This document shows, piece by piece, positions 23,567 through 32,000 of a stretch of DNA of 32,000 bases. This stretch comes from Planctomycetota bacterium. Its GTDB lineage: Bacteria > Planctomycetota > Planctomycetia > Pirellulales > Lacipirellulaceae. Position numbers and translations under genes: made by a program. Positions within the stretch are counted from its first letter, which is position 1. Every line of letters begins with the position of its first letter. The stretch covers positions 112,697 through 144,696 of the forward strand of contig JAKOXH010000031.1 of the NCBI GenBank assembly GCA_029781135.1. The letters are read 5' to 3'. The notes beneath the pieces were generated by a model, which was given only the letters and a program-made list of their open reading frames with translations, was not told the origin of the DNA and ran no database searches.

Positions 23567-26500
23567 TCAGGTTTCCGTCTTTGCAACCGGGCGGCCGTGT
23601 CCCCACCATTCGCTCACGCTTTGCGTAACCACGAAGAACGCCGGCACAAAAAACACGGCGAGAACCGTCGATGCCAACATGCCGCCGAACACCGCCGTTC
23701 CAATCGCTTGCTGGCCCGCGGCGCCCGCGCCATGCGCGAACATCAAAGGCATGACACCGAGAATAAACGCGAAGGACGTCATCAAAATCGGTCGGAAACG
23801 CAGCCGCGCGGCATGAGCGGCCGCCTCGCGAATCGACTCGCCGCGGGCTCGCAGATCGCGGGCGAACTCGACGATCAAAATCGAGTTCTTGCTGGCCAGT
23901 GCGATGATGAGCACGATGCCGATTTGCGTGAAGACATTGTTATCCTTGCCGCGGATCGCGACCGCCGCGACCGCACCCAACAAACCTAGCGGCACGACCA
24001 GGATCACCGCCCACGGCGTGAACCAGCTTTCGTATTGCGCCGCGAGAACCAAGTACACCAGCAGCACCGCCATCGCGAAAATCCACACCGCCTCACCGCC
24101 GACTCGCTTCTCCTGAAACGCCATGCCGGTCCATTCGAAGCCCATGCCTTCCGGCATATTGCGGGCTGCGATCTGTTCCATGAGATCGAGCGCTTCGCCC
24201 GTGCTCTTGCCCAGCGCCGGCTCGCCGGTAATCGTGGCCGAGGGATACATGTTGTAGCGATTGACGATCTGGGCGCCGAAGGACTTCCGAATGTTGGCCA
24301 ACGTGCCAAGCGGGACCATGTCCCCCTCGCGATTGCGCACTTCGAGCCGGCGGATGTCATTGGCTTCCGCCCGATATTTGGCCTCCGCCTGCACACGCAC
24401 TTGATAGACACGGCCAAACTTATTGAAGTCGTTGACATAGCTCGACCCCAGATAGGCCTGCATGGTCCCGAACACGTCGCTGAGCGGAATATCCATCAAC
24501 TTCACTTTTTCACGATCGATATCGACATACAGTTGCGGAACGCCCGGCCGGAAAGTCGAATTCATGGCCGCCAAGCCAGACTGACTGCGCGCATCCTCCA
24601 AGATTCCGCTGAGAACTTGGAAAAGAGTCGCACGCCCCAGGTCGGCCCGATCTTGCAGCTGCATTTCAAAACCGCCCCGCACGCCCAGGCCGCGAATCGC
24701 GGGCGGAGCGAAGGGCAACACCACCGATTCCTGAATCGTGCCGAACTTCATGCGCATGGTGTTTAGCAGCGTGTCCAGCGTTAGCCCCTTGTGCAGCCGT
24801 TCCTCCCACGGACTGAACGTAACGAACAGGGTTCCCGTGTTCGGCGCGGAACTAAAGTCGAGAATCGAGAGGCCGCCGATGGTGATCCAGGTTTCGATGC
24901 CGTCGGTGTTCTTGAGAATCTGATCGATCTTGGCCATGACGGCTTTCGATCGTTCTTGCGAAGCGGCATCCGGCAGTTGCACCAGCACAAAGCAGTAGCC
25001 TTGGTCTTCGGTGGGTAAAAAGCCTGTCGGCAGACTGCGATACCACCAGACCGTAAGCCCCATCAGCACCGCGAACAGCAACATCATCAGGCTGGGCACG
25101 CGCACGATCCCCCGCACGATCGCCGCGTAGGCCGACTCAAACCAGCCATACACGCGGTCGAAACTGCGCGTAAAAATGTTCTTCTTGCCGCTCGGCGGAC
25201 GGAGCCACAACGCACATTGGGCCGGCTTCAACGTAACGGCGTTGATCGCGCTAATGAACGCGGTGGCCGCAATCGTGAGCGCGAACTGCTGATAAAGCTG
25301 ACCCGTGATTCCCGCCAAAAATGCGCTGGGCAAGAACACGCTCATCAGCACCAGGGTGATGCCGATGATCGGCCCCAACACTTCGCTCATCGCTTGAATG
25401 GTCGCTGGTTTTGGCGCGAGGCCTTCTTCAATGTGATGCGTCGCGTTCTCGACGACCACGATGGCGTCATCCACGACGATGCCAATCGCCAGCACCAAGC
25501 CGAACAGCGTTAGCATGTTCACGCTAAAATTCAGTAGCCACATGGCGAAAAACGCGCCGATAATCGTGACCGGCACGGTCGTGGCCGGCACGAGCAAGGC
25601 CCGCCAATCTTGGAGAAACACGAGAATTACGAGCAGCACCAAAATGCCCGCTTCGATCAGTGTTTCATAAACGGCGTGAATCGACTCATCCACGAACTTG
25701 GTCGTATCGAGCGGAAATTCATATTTCATGCCGGCCGGAAACGATTTGCTCAGGCGCTGCATGGCCGTACGCACTTCGCGAGCGACTTCCAACGCATTGC
25801 TGCCCGGCAACTGATAAATGCCGATATTCGCCGTGGGCTGACCTTTGATCAGGTTGTACTGGTCGTAAGTCTGGGCGCCAAGTTCCACGCGCGCAACGTC
25901 CTTCAACCGCGTAATCCGCGTTCGATCGGTCGCCCGCACGATGATGTTCTCGAATTGCTTGACATCGCTCAAGCGGCCGAGCGTGTTGACCGTGTACTGA
26001 AAATCGAGGTGGTTGCCGCTGCCGATCGGCGGCTGACCAACTTGACCGGCCGCAACCTGTACGTTCTGCTCGCGCAAGGCATTGGCCACGTCTTCCGTCG
26101 TCAGGCCACGTGCTTTCAGCTTCTCGGCATCCAGCCAAATCCGCATGCTGTAGTTGGCCGTTCCGAATACAGTCACTTCGCCCACGCCGGGGAGGCGGCT
26201 CATTTCGTCGCGCAACGCCCGCGTCGCGTAATTGGCAAGAAAGAGGCTGTCGAACGTGTTATCGGGCGACGTCAGCGAAACGACCAAGATGATATTGGTC
26301 GATTGCTTCTTCACGGTCACACCCTGCCGGCGGACTTCTTCCGGCAACTGCGGTTGAGCAATGGCAACGCGGTTCTGCACGAGAACTTGAGCCGCATCCA
26401 AGTTCGTGCCAATTTCAAACGTAACCGTGAGTGCATAGCCGCCATCGCTCGACGACGTGGACGACATGTACAGCATGTTCTCCACACCGTTGACCTGGGT

Positions 26501-26701
26501 TTCGATGGGCGAAGCGACGGTCGCGGCGACAACGTCCGCATTGGCTCCCGGATAGTTGGTATTCACGCGAACTGTGGGCGGCGTGATTTGTGGATATTGT
26601 TCGACCGGCAAGCGCCACACGGAAATGGCGCCCAGCAAAATCGTCACTAGAGCGATGACGTTTGCAAAAATGGGCCGATCGATGAAAAACCGAGAAATCA
26701 T
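23567..26701 (-). CDS. RND efflux pump inner membrane transporter (HAE1/AcrB-like)
   Basis: FFIDRPIFANVIALVTILLGAISVWRLPVEQYPQITPPTVRVNTNYPGANADVV, GIVVDDAIVVVENATHHIEEG, FVPAFFVVTQSVSEW. Confidence 0.96.
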   Translation of the reverse strand: MISRFFIDRPIFANVIALVTILLGAISVWRLPVEQYPQITPPTVRVNTNYPGANADVVAATVASPIETQVNGVENMLYMSSTSSSDGGYALTVTFEIGTNLDAAQVLVQNRVAIAQPQLPEEVRRQGVTVKKQSTNIILVVSLTSPDNTFDSLFLANYATRALRDEMSRLPGVGEVTVFGTANYSMRIWLDAEKLKARGLTTEDVANALREQNVQVAAGQVGQPPIGSGNHLDFQYTVNTLGRLSDVKQFENIIVRATDRTRITRLKDVARVELGAQTYDQYNLIKGQPTANIGIYQLPGSNALEVAREVRTAMQRLSKSFPAGMKYEFPLDTTKFVDESIHAVYETLIEAGILVLLVILVFLQDWRALLVPATTVPVTIIGAFFAMWLLNFSVNMLTLFGLVLAIGIVVDDAIVVVENATHHIEEGLAPKPATIQAMSEVLGPIIGITLVLMSVFLPSAFLAGITGQLYQQFALTIAATAFISAINAVTLKPAQCALWLRPPSGKKNIFTRSFDRVYGWFESAYAAIVRGIVRVPSLMMLLFAVLMGLTVWWYRSLPTGFLPTEDQGYCFVLVQLPDAASQERSKAVMAKIDQILKNTDGIETWITIGGLSILDFSSAPNTGTLFVTFSPWEERLHKGLTLDTLLNTMRMKFGTIQESVVLPFAPPAIRGLGVRGGFEMQLQDRADLGRATLFQVLSGILEDARSQSGLAAMNSTFRPGVPQLYVDIDREKVKLMDIPLSDVFGTMQAYLGSSYVNDFNKFGRVYQVRVQAEAKYRAEANDIRRLEVRNREGDMVPLGTLANIRKSFGAQIVNRYNMYPSATITGEPALGKSTGEALDLMEQIAARNMPEGMGFEWTGMAFQEKRVGGEAVWIFAMAVLLVYLVLAAQYESWFTPWAVILVVPLGLLGAVAAVAIRGKDNNVFTQIGIVLIIALASKNSILIVEFARDLRARGESIREAAAHAARLRFRPILMTSFAFILGVMPLMFAHGAGAAGQQAIGTAVFGGMLASTVLAVFFVPAFFVVTQSVSEWWGHGRPVAKTET

Positions 26702-26733
26702 AGCCGCTCAAACGCAATGCGATGCAAATTCAA

Positions 26734-28107
26734 CTATTTTGGGGGGCCAGAAGCAGCGGGTGGTTTGGGTTGCGTGGTTTCGGCAACTGGTGGTTTCGCG
26801 CCAGTGGATTCGCTCATCTTCGGATTTGCGGCGTTCGCTGCCGCCGCGGACGGCGACGTCTCCGCCGCTTGCGACTTAGGAGCGGCTGCCGACGACGGTG
26901 CCGCCTCCGCTTTGGCCGGCGTGGGGGTTAGTGTGGGATCCGAAGGCGGAGTCGCAGCCCCCTTATCGGCCACCGCCGTCGCCGCCGGCTTTGCCTGTTC
27001 CGGAGTTACCGGCGTGCCCGGTCGCGCACGCTGCAAACCATTGACGACAACTTGATCCGTCGCTTGGATCCCGCTTTCCACAACACGCAAATCGTTCACG
27101 TGGATGCCGAGTTGCACGGGCCGATACTCAACCACTTTCTTCTCATTGACAACCAGCAGATAGTCGCCGCGTTGGTCGGAGCCGATGGCGCGCTCTTCGA
27201 CGAGCAGCCGCGGTTTCGGATCGCCGATCGACGCTTGAATTCGCACGAACATGCCGGGTATTAACTGCCAGCCGGGATTTGGGAAAATGCCGCGGCGCTT
27301 CGAGGTGCCGGTTGCCGTGTCGACACCCAGTTCGCGAAAATCGACGTGCCCTTCGTGCGGGAAGCCTTGTTCATTGGCCAATCCCAAATGGAGCAGCGGC
27401 GGATTCTTTTCGGGGTCGGGCAGCTCGTGGTTGCGCAGCATCGCCATGAAACGCAACAAATCGTTCTCGCTCACGTCGAAATAGGCGTAAATCGGATCGA
27501 TCGCTTGAATTACCGCCAGTTGAGTCGTTCCCGATTGCACGAGGTTCCCGATATCGACCATGTGCCGACCGATGCGGCCGGAAATCGGCGCCGTGATCTG
27601 GGTGTATTTCAAATCCAATTCCGCTTTGCGGATCGCGGCCTGGGCTGCCGAAACATCGGCCTTCGAAGTCGCCACTTGAGCCGCCTGGACATCAAGCTCT
27701 TCTTGCGTCACGACGCTGTTGCGTAACAGCGGTTCCATTCGGCGATACTGGCTTTGCGCAAGTGCGAGCGACGCCGTCGCCTTTTGCTCGGCTGCACGGG
27801 CCGCATCCAGCACCGATTGGTACGGCGCTTGTTCGATGAGAAACAATGGATCGCCCGCTTTAACGATCGAGCCATCTTCAAATTGAATCTTCTCCAGATA
27901 GCCGTTCACCCGAGCCCGTAAATCGACGATTTGCGTCGGCTGCGTGGTGCCGACGAATTCGATCGTATCGGCAACGGCCCGCTCGACTGGGTGGGCCACG
28001 GTCACCGTCGGCGGCGGAGGAGCGACGAATTTATTCGCCTGCCGACAACCGGCAATCCCTAAGAAGACAAACAGCCATAACACGCGGAATCGGATCAATT
28101 CACTCAT
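26734..28107 (-). CDS. RND efflux periplasmic adaptor subunit (MexA/AcrA-like) with Pro/Ala-rich C-terminus
   Basis: FVGTTQPTQIVDLRARVNGYLEKIQFEDGSIVKAGDPLFLIEQAPYQSVLDAARA..., ITAPISGRIGRHMVDIGNLV. It lies 32 bp upstream of the RND gene on the same strand. Confidence 0.94.
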   Translation of the reverse strand: MSELIRFRVLWLFVFLGIAGCRQANKFVAPPPPTVTVAHPVERAVADTIEFVGTTQPTQIVDLRARVNGYLEKIQFEDGSIVKAGDPLFLIEQAPYQSVLDAARAAEQKATASLALAQSQYRRMEPLLRNSVVTQEELDVQAAQVATSKADVSAAQAAIRKAELDLKYTQITAPISGRIGRHMVDIGNLVQSGTTQLAVIQAIDPIYAYFDVSENDLLRFMAMLRNHELPDPEKNPPLLHLGLANEQGFPHEGHVDFRELGVDTATGTSKRRGIFPNPGWQLIPGMFVRIQASIGDPKPRLLVEERAIGSDQRGDYLLVVNEKKVVEYRPVQLGIHVNDLRVVESGIQATDQVVVNGLQRARPGTPVTPEQAKPAATAVADKGAATPPSDPTLTPTPAKAEAAPSSAAAPKSQAAETSPSAAAANAANPKMSESTGAKPPVAETTQPKPPAASGPPK

Positions 28108-28468
28108 GCGAAACTTTCAAGATGCCGCGCGGGCCGCTCAAAAATCAAGGATGGAACGACCCCATGGCGGCGGCACTTTCGGCGGGATAACCGGCTAGGA
28201 AGGAATTGTTCCGCGTAACGTCCCAAGGGGCTAGGTGGGGAATCCCGCGTCGCGCAGCGGAATTTCATGTATTTTGGTTCACGGCTGTGCCGCCTACCTC
28301 TTCACAAACTTAGTTCCTATTATGCCTGGCGACGAAGCAGTTTTTTAGGCCTTTTCTTGCAAAATTGACGACGCACAATTGTCGCCGTAAGCTGAATCGT
28401 CATCGGTAGTTCCGTTAGACACTCCAAAAATTGGCGAGACCGACCGATTCAACAAAGAGGATTGTGCA

Positions 28469-29815
28469 ATGTCGATGCGGCTCAGGGAAAATCGGGGGGT
28501 TCACCGAATTCTAGTTACCGTCGTGGTCTTGGCTTCGGCCGCGATCTCGAGTTCGCCTGTTTTCGCGCAAGGTTTCGGAGCCATCCAAGCCGTGAGACAA
28601 CGCGCCTCCGGACTTCAAGATGCCGGCGGTGGACCAGGTCCCGGCCCGCCGAGACCCGCGGAGGCACCGCCGGGGCCAGGTTCCAGAGGCGGGGAGCAGC
28701 CAGCGTCGCCCGGCACCGCGGCGAAATTGGATCTCACTTTTGTTTCACCATCGGCCCTGCTCGTGGCGGTGATTCGGCCAGCACAGATCATGGCAGCGCC
28801 CGTCGTTCAACTCTTGCCGACGGAGGTCGCATCGGCGGCCAGCCGCGAATGGCTGGGTGTTGAGCCTTCCGAAATCGACGAGGTCGTCGCATTTATCGAA
28901 TTTGGCAATCCCACCCAACCCATGCTGGGGTTCACCTACGGTTTGACGTTCAGGTTCAAGTCGCAATTTCGTGCCGCCTCGATTCCAGAAAAAGTCCGCC
29001 CGATGGTGCAGTTGGCGGAACTGAATAGCAAGAAATACTTGAAGAGCGCGCATCCGCTGTTCCCCAGCTTTTACGGCCCGAACAACAAAACGCTCGTCGC
29101 GGCGCCCGATGCGATGATTCGCAAGATCGTCGAGGCCAGCACGCTGCCGAAAACGGGGCCGCTCATGGAGAAGGCCCAGCAGGCGTCGGCGGGCAGCGAT
29201 CTTTACTTGGCAATTGACGGCGCGCGAGCTCGTGGCCTCCTCCCCATCGTTTTGGGAATGGGCGGCGTGCAGATACCCGAGCAAGCCAAGCCACTCATCG
29301 AGACAATCATCGCGGCGGAGCTGACATTGAATCTCGTGTCACGCGGGCCGATCAGCCTGGTGGTCCATTGCAACGACGAAGCGGCCGCCCAGCAGATTGA
29401 AACCGTACTCGCGGAGCAACGGCAAAAGATGATGGCGGCTCCCGAGACGCCGCCCGCGGTCAGTGAACAGCCGACCCCAGGTCCGGCGCCAGCGCCATCA
29501 CCTGCGGGCGGTAAGTATGCTCAAGAAATGCAGCAGTTCAAAGATCGGCTGAATCAGCGATTTCAGCCGCAGCGCGCCGGCGCCAGCATTACGCTCTTTC
29601 AAATCGCGGCCGATGATCCTTTGCAGCAGCAACTCTTTGGAATCGTCGTTGGTGCGGCAGCCACGGCAGCGTCGATGAAATCGCCAATGCCGGCAAAAGC
29701 AGGACCGCCCTCGCCCGGAACAGCACCGGCGCCGCCCGAGAACGGCGTACCGACATTTACGCCGCCGGCCGCGCCAACCGAGAGCGCCTCCCCGCCACCA
29801 GCGCCGAACAAGTAA
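28469..29815 (+). CDS. Secreted protein of unknown function, Pro-rich C-terminus
   Basis: 448 aa ORF with signal peptide (ILVTVVVLASAAISSSPVFAQ). Coherent codon usage and composition; no family recognised. Confidence 0.7.
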   Translation: MSMRLRENRGVHRILVTVVVLASAAISSSPVFAQGFGAIQAVRQRASGLQDAGGGPGPGPPRPAEAPPGPGSRGGEQPASPGTAAKLDLTFVSPSALLVAVIRPAQIMAAPVVQLLPTEVASAASREWLGVEPSEIDEVVAFIEFGNPTQPMLGFTYGLTFRFKSQFRAASIPEKVRPMVQLAELNSKKYLKSAHPLFPSFYGPNNKTLVAAPDAMIRKIVEASTLPKTGPLMEKAQQASAGSDLYLAIDGARARGLLPIVLGMGGVQIPEQAKPLIETIIAAELTLNLVSRGPISLVVHCNDEAAAQQIETVLAEQRQKMMAAPETPPAVSEQPTPGPAPAPSPAGGKYAQEMQQFKDRLNQRFQPQRAGASITLFQIAADDPLQQQLFGIVVGAAATAASMKSPMPAKAGPPSPGTAPAPPENGVPTFTPPAAPTESASPPPAPNK

Positions 29816-31637
29816 GCACTTCCAAAGCCAATATCGCGTCCGATGGCTCCGGCACATTCGCGCTTCCCAGGGCTGCTCCACCGCCGATCGCCGTATTGCC
29901 GAAGTGCGTTCGCCACACCTCAAGGTCAGCGGCGTCAATGAGCCCGTCGCCGTTGCCGTCGGCCCCGCTGTAGGCAATGACCGCTGCGCCGATGCTGCTG
30001 TGCCACACCACGTAGTCCGCGGCGTCGACGACGAAATCGCCGTTGTAATCGCCGGCCAGATAGGTCATTCCCGCGAGATTCAAAGTAATCGATTTGCTGA
30101 GCGCCCCGGCGATGTTCTCGTCCGAGAAATTCAAGACGTAACTGGCTGAATACGATCCAACCGTTGAGGCCAATAACGCAGCAGAGAACGTGTTGCTCGC
30201 GCCGCCCGCGAGGACGAGCGAGCCGGCCGATGCGGCTAAGTCGGTAGTGAACGCCGGCGCATCGCCCGAAGGCGTGACACTATCGAAATCCATATTCGCC
30301 GTGTAGCCCGCCGTGGCCAGTAAGTTGCTGATATCGAAATTAAACGGGGATACAGGATCACCAATCGCGACATGGCCGAAGTCATGACTTAGCGTGTTCA
30401 CATTCGAGCCCGCTGCAAACGACGGAGTCGCGTGGTCGAGCACGGTCAGGCTGATATTGAATGTGTCGTTGGCGTCGTTGCCGCCATGGCCGGCACCGCC
30501 CTGCGTGGTGATGTCCAGGTTATCAATGGTAACCGTGCCGCTCTTCAAACCTGCCGCTGATGTCGTAGTGCTCAACCCTACGGTAATCGACTTACTGTCG
30601 GTTTGGCTGGAGCGCATCGCGTTGTAGTGCCCCGAGAGCGAACTCGTGGCGGCGCCGCTGGTCGTCACTTGAAAATACGTCCCATTCGTGCCTGTCTTAT
30701 TCAACGTAAACGCCGGCAACGCCGGCACGGCGGCATCCACCAACACGCGTCCCAGGTCGACATTTCGACTTGAACTGCCATCCGAATTGACCGTGACGCC
30801 CGCGATCGATACTTGGCTGTTATTTGCCTGATTCACGAAAATCGACCAGGCGTATTCGGGATGATCCGTAAACGGATTGCGATTGTGCTGGAACTGATCG
30901 TAGATGATCTGGTTGCGGCGACGCTCAAACGTGTCGGGCGGGGCGGCGTAATTCCACTCGATGAGACGATTCAAATTTCCCAACTGGGGTGGCGGATCCG
31001 TATCACCCGTGGGATTGGCAACGTCACCCGCCGCTAGTTCAAGGTCTAAAGTGCTCGCATCCGCGCCATCGTAGCGCACGGCCATATAAAACTCTTGACG
31101 AGCAATCATGCCCGCGTCGGCATCCCCGGGATACCAGTAGGTTGCTCCGGCATCGACCACTGTCCCAAACGGCTGCGCGCCAAACGCGCCGCCGAAGTTG
31201 AGCGAACCGCGATCACCGTTATTCGCGTTGATTGCTGGCCGCAACTCGAACATGTCGCTGTCGTCCATGCCGCTGGAACCGACGCCGCGGCTGCGCGGCC
31301 AGGTATGTTCGCGGTTCCACACCGTGCCATCCCAGCCTGGGATGCCGCTCGCATTGAGGCCAGTCACATCCAGTGAGGTGCGATCATAGACGGTGATGAT
31401 ATGTCCGGGATGCGCCGTATCCGCATCGGAAATCTGCAGATTCGACCGAGCGGCATCGTACGACAATACCGTGTGGTTATCGATGATGTCGTTGAGCTGC
31501 TGTTTCAGCGTACTACCAGTTCCAGTTGCGGTGTTGTAGTAGCCGGCGGGTGGATCGTACGCGTCGGCTACCGCGCGACCCGCTGAAAACAAAATGGCTG
31601 ACCAACCGATCCAAGAAATCAGACGAACCCGTATCAC
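29757..31637 (-). CDS. Endonuclease I family secreted nuclease with dockerin-like repeats and PEP-CTERM sorting signal
   Basis: WNREHTWPRSRGVGSSGMDDSDMFELRPAINANNGDRGSLNFGG...WYPGDADAGMIARQEFYMAVRYDG (endonuclease I signature). GDYNGDFVVDAADYVVW and GADGNGDGLIDAADLEVW, then VPEPSDAILALEVLTCSALVAGRRSR. The start may be internal. Confidence 0.9.
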   Translation of the reverse strand: MIRVRLISWIGWSAILFSAGRAVADAYDPPAGYYNTATGTGSTLKQQLNDIIDNHTVLSYDAARSNLQISDADTAHPGHIITVYDRTSLDVTGLNASGIPGWDGTVWNREHTWPRSRGVGSSGMDDSDMFELRPAINANNGDRGSLNFGGAFGAQPFGTVVDAGATYWYPGDADAGMIARQEFYMAVRYDGADASTLDLELAAGDVANPTGDTDPPPQLGNLNRLIEWNYAAPPDTFERRRNQIIYDQFQHNRNPFTDHPEYAWSIFVNQANNSQVSIAGVTVNSDGSSSRNVDLGRVLVDAAVPALPAFTLNKTGTNGTYFQVTTSGAATSSLSGHYNAMRSSQTDSKSITVGLSTTTSAAGLKSGTVTIDNLDITTQGGAGHGGNDANDTFNISLTVLDHATPSFAAGSNVNTLSHDFGHVAIGDPVSPFNFDISNLLATAGYTANMDFDSVTPSGDAPAFTTDLAASAGSLVLAGGASNTFSAALLASTVGSYSASYVLNFSDENIAGALSKSITLNLAGMTYLAGDYNGDFVVDAADYVVWHSSIGAAVIAYSGADGNGDGLIDAADLEVWRTHFGNTAIGGGAALGSANVPEPSDAILALEVLTCSALVAGRRSRLARPAA

Positions 31638-31888
31638 TTCTAAATGCCTCTACCTTTCCTCAGAGCCAAAGCAGCGGCGCGACCCGGGCCGGTATTCAGT
31701 ATCGCGGCACATCTTCCGTCGCCAAATTCTTAGAATAGCTGCTGGACGGAGATTCGACGAGGAATTGTCCGCGAAATTGAACCGCATGGCGGGCCGTCGG
31801 AATACCGCACCCTTGCAGACGGGCAGAACGCTGCCGATAATCGCCCCGTCTTTGCTTCTGATATTTCGCCCCCAGATTGGTTGGATCC

Positions 31889-32000
31889 ATGCCGCTGCTC
31901 GTTGTTGGATCGGTCGCGATTGATAACGTCGAAACCCCGCAGGATCGTCGGGATAACTTGCTCGGCGGCTCGGCCACGCACTTTTCCTACGCCGCCAGCT
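31889..32000 (+). CDS. PfkB-family sugar kinase, 5' end only (runs off the window)
   Basis: ATG at 31889: MPLLVVGSVAIDNVETPQDRRDNLLGGSATHFSYAAS, matching the N-terminal GxxxxDx...GGxxxxxA motif of PfkB kinases. Confidence 0.75.
   Translation, partial: MPLLVVGSVAIDNVETPQDRRDNLLGGSATHFSYAAS

Noticed and set aside
25610-26650. 346-aa + strand ORF, plus 24035-24766
   Set aside because: Antisense to the RND transporter, whose motifs are unambiguous along the full length.
1-32000. Search for tRNA, rRNA, CRISPR, retron or transposase genes
   Set aside because: None was seen by eye. tRNA detection without a covariance tool is unreliable, and tRNAscan-SE/Infernal would be decisive.

Overview
This 32 kb window comes from a GC-rich bacterial genome that looks planctomycetal (Pirellulales-like). 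The inference rests on DUF1080, Gfo/Idh/MocA, PEP-CTERM/dockerin-like 'GDYNNNGVVDAADYVLWR' and S10 peptidase content, and no database was searched. From left to right it holds: cardiolipin synthase (partial), QueD-like PTPS, a Tat-signal Gfo/Idh/MocA oxidoreductase, a DUF1080 protein, an S10 peptidase, a small protein plus HNH endonuclease pair, glnS, tandem PEP-CTERM autotransporter-like repeat proteins, an isoprenylcysteine methyltransferase-like protein, a HEPN/MNT toxin-antitoxin module with a frameshifted MNT gene, an ABC transporter with a C-terminal DUF1854-like domain, a polysaccharide deacetylase, MotB and MotA, an RND efflux pump with its adaptor, a secreted unknown protein, a PEP-CTERM endonuclease I, and the start of a PfkB-family kinase. 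The less ordinary structure is as follows. (1) A family of inverted-arm elements built from G-rich 7-8 nt tandem repeats lies in frame inside glnS (twice) and the ABC transporter gene (twice, plus a third different inverted repeat), and also between genes. (2) The 3' end of glnS has been duplicated with the PEP-CTERM genes, leaving a clear remnant at 11.5 kb and a weaker one at 15.4 kb. (3) The HEPN/MNT module is bracketed by ~110 bp direct repeats that include the last codons of the ABC transporter gene. (4) One 1401-codon ORF appears to be a fusion of two PEP-CTERM proteins. I found no convincing CRISPR array, rRNA or tRNA.
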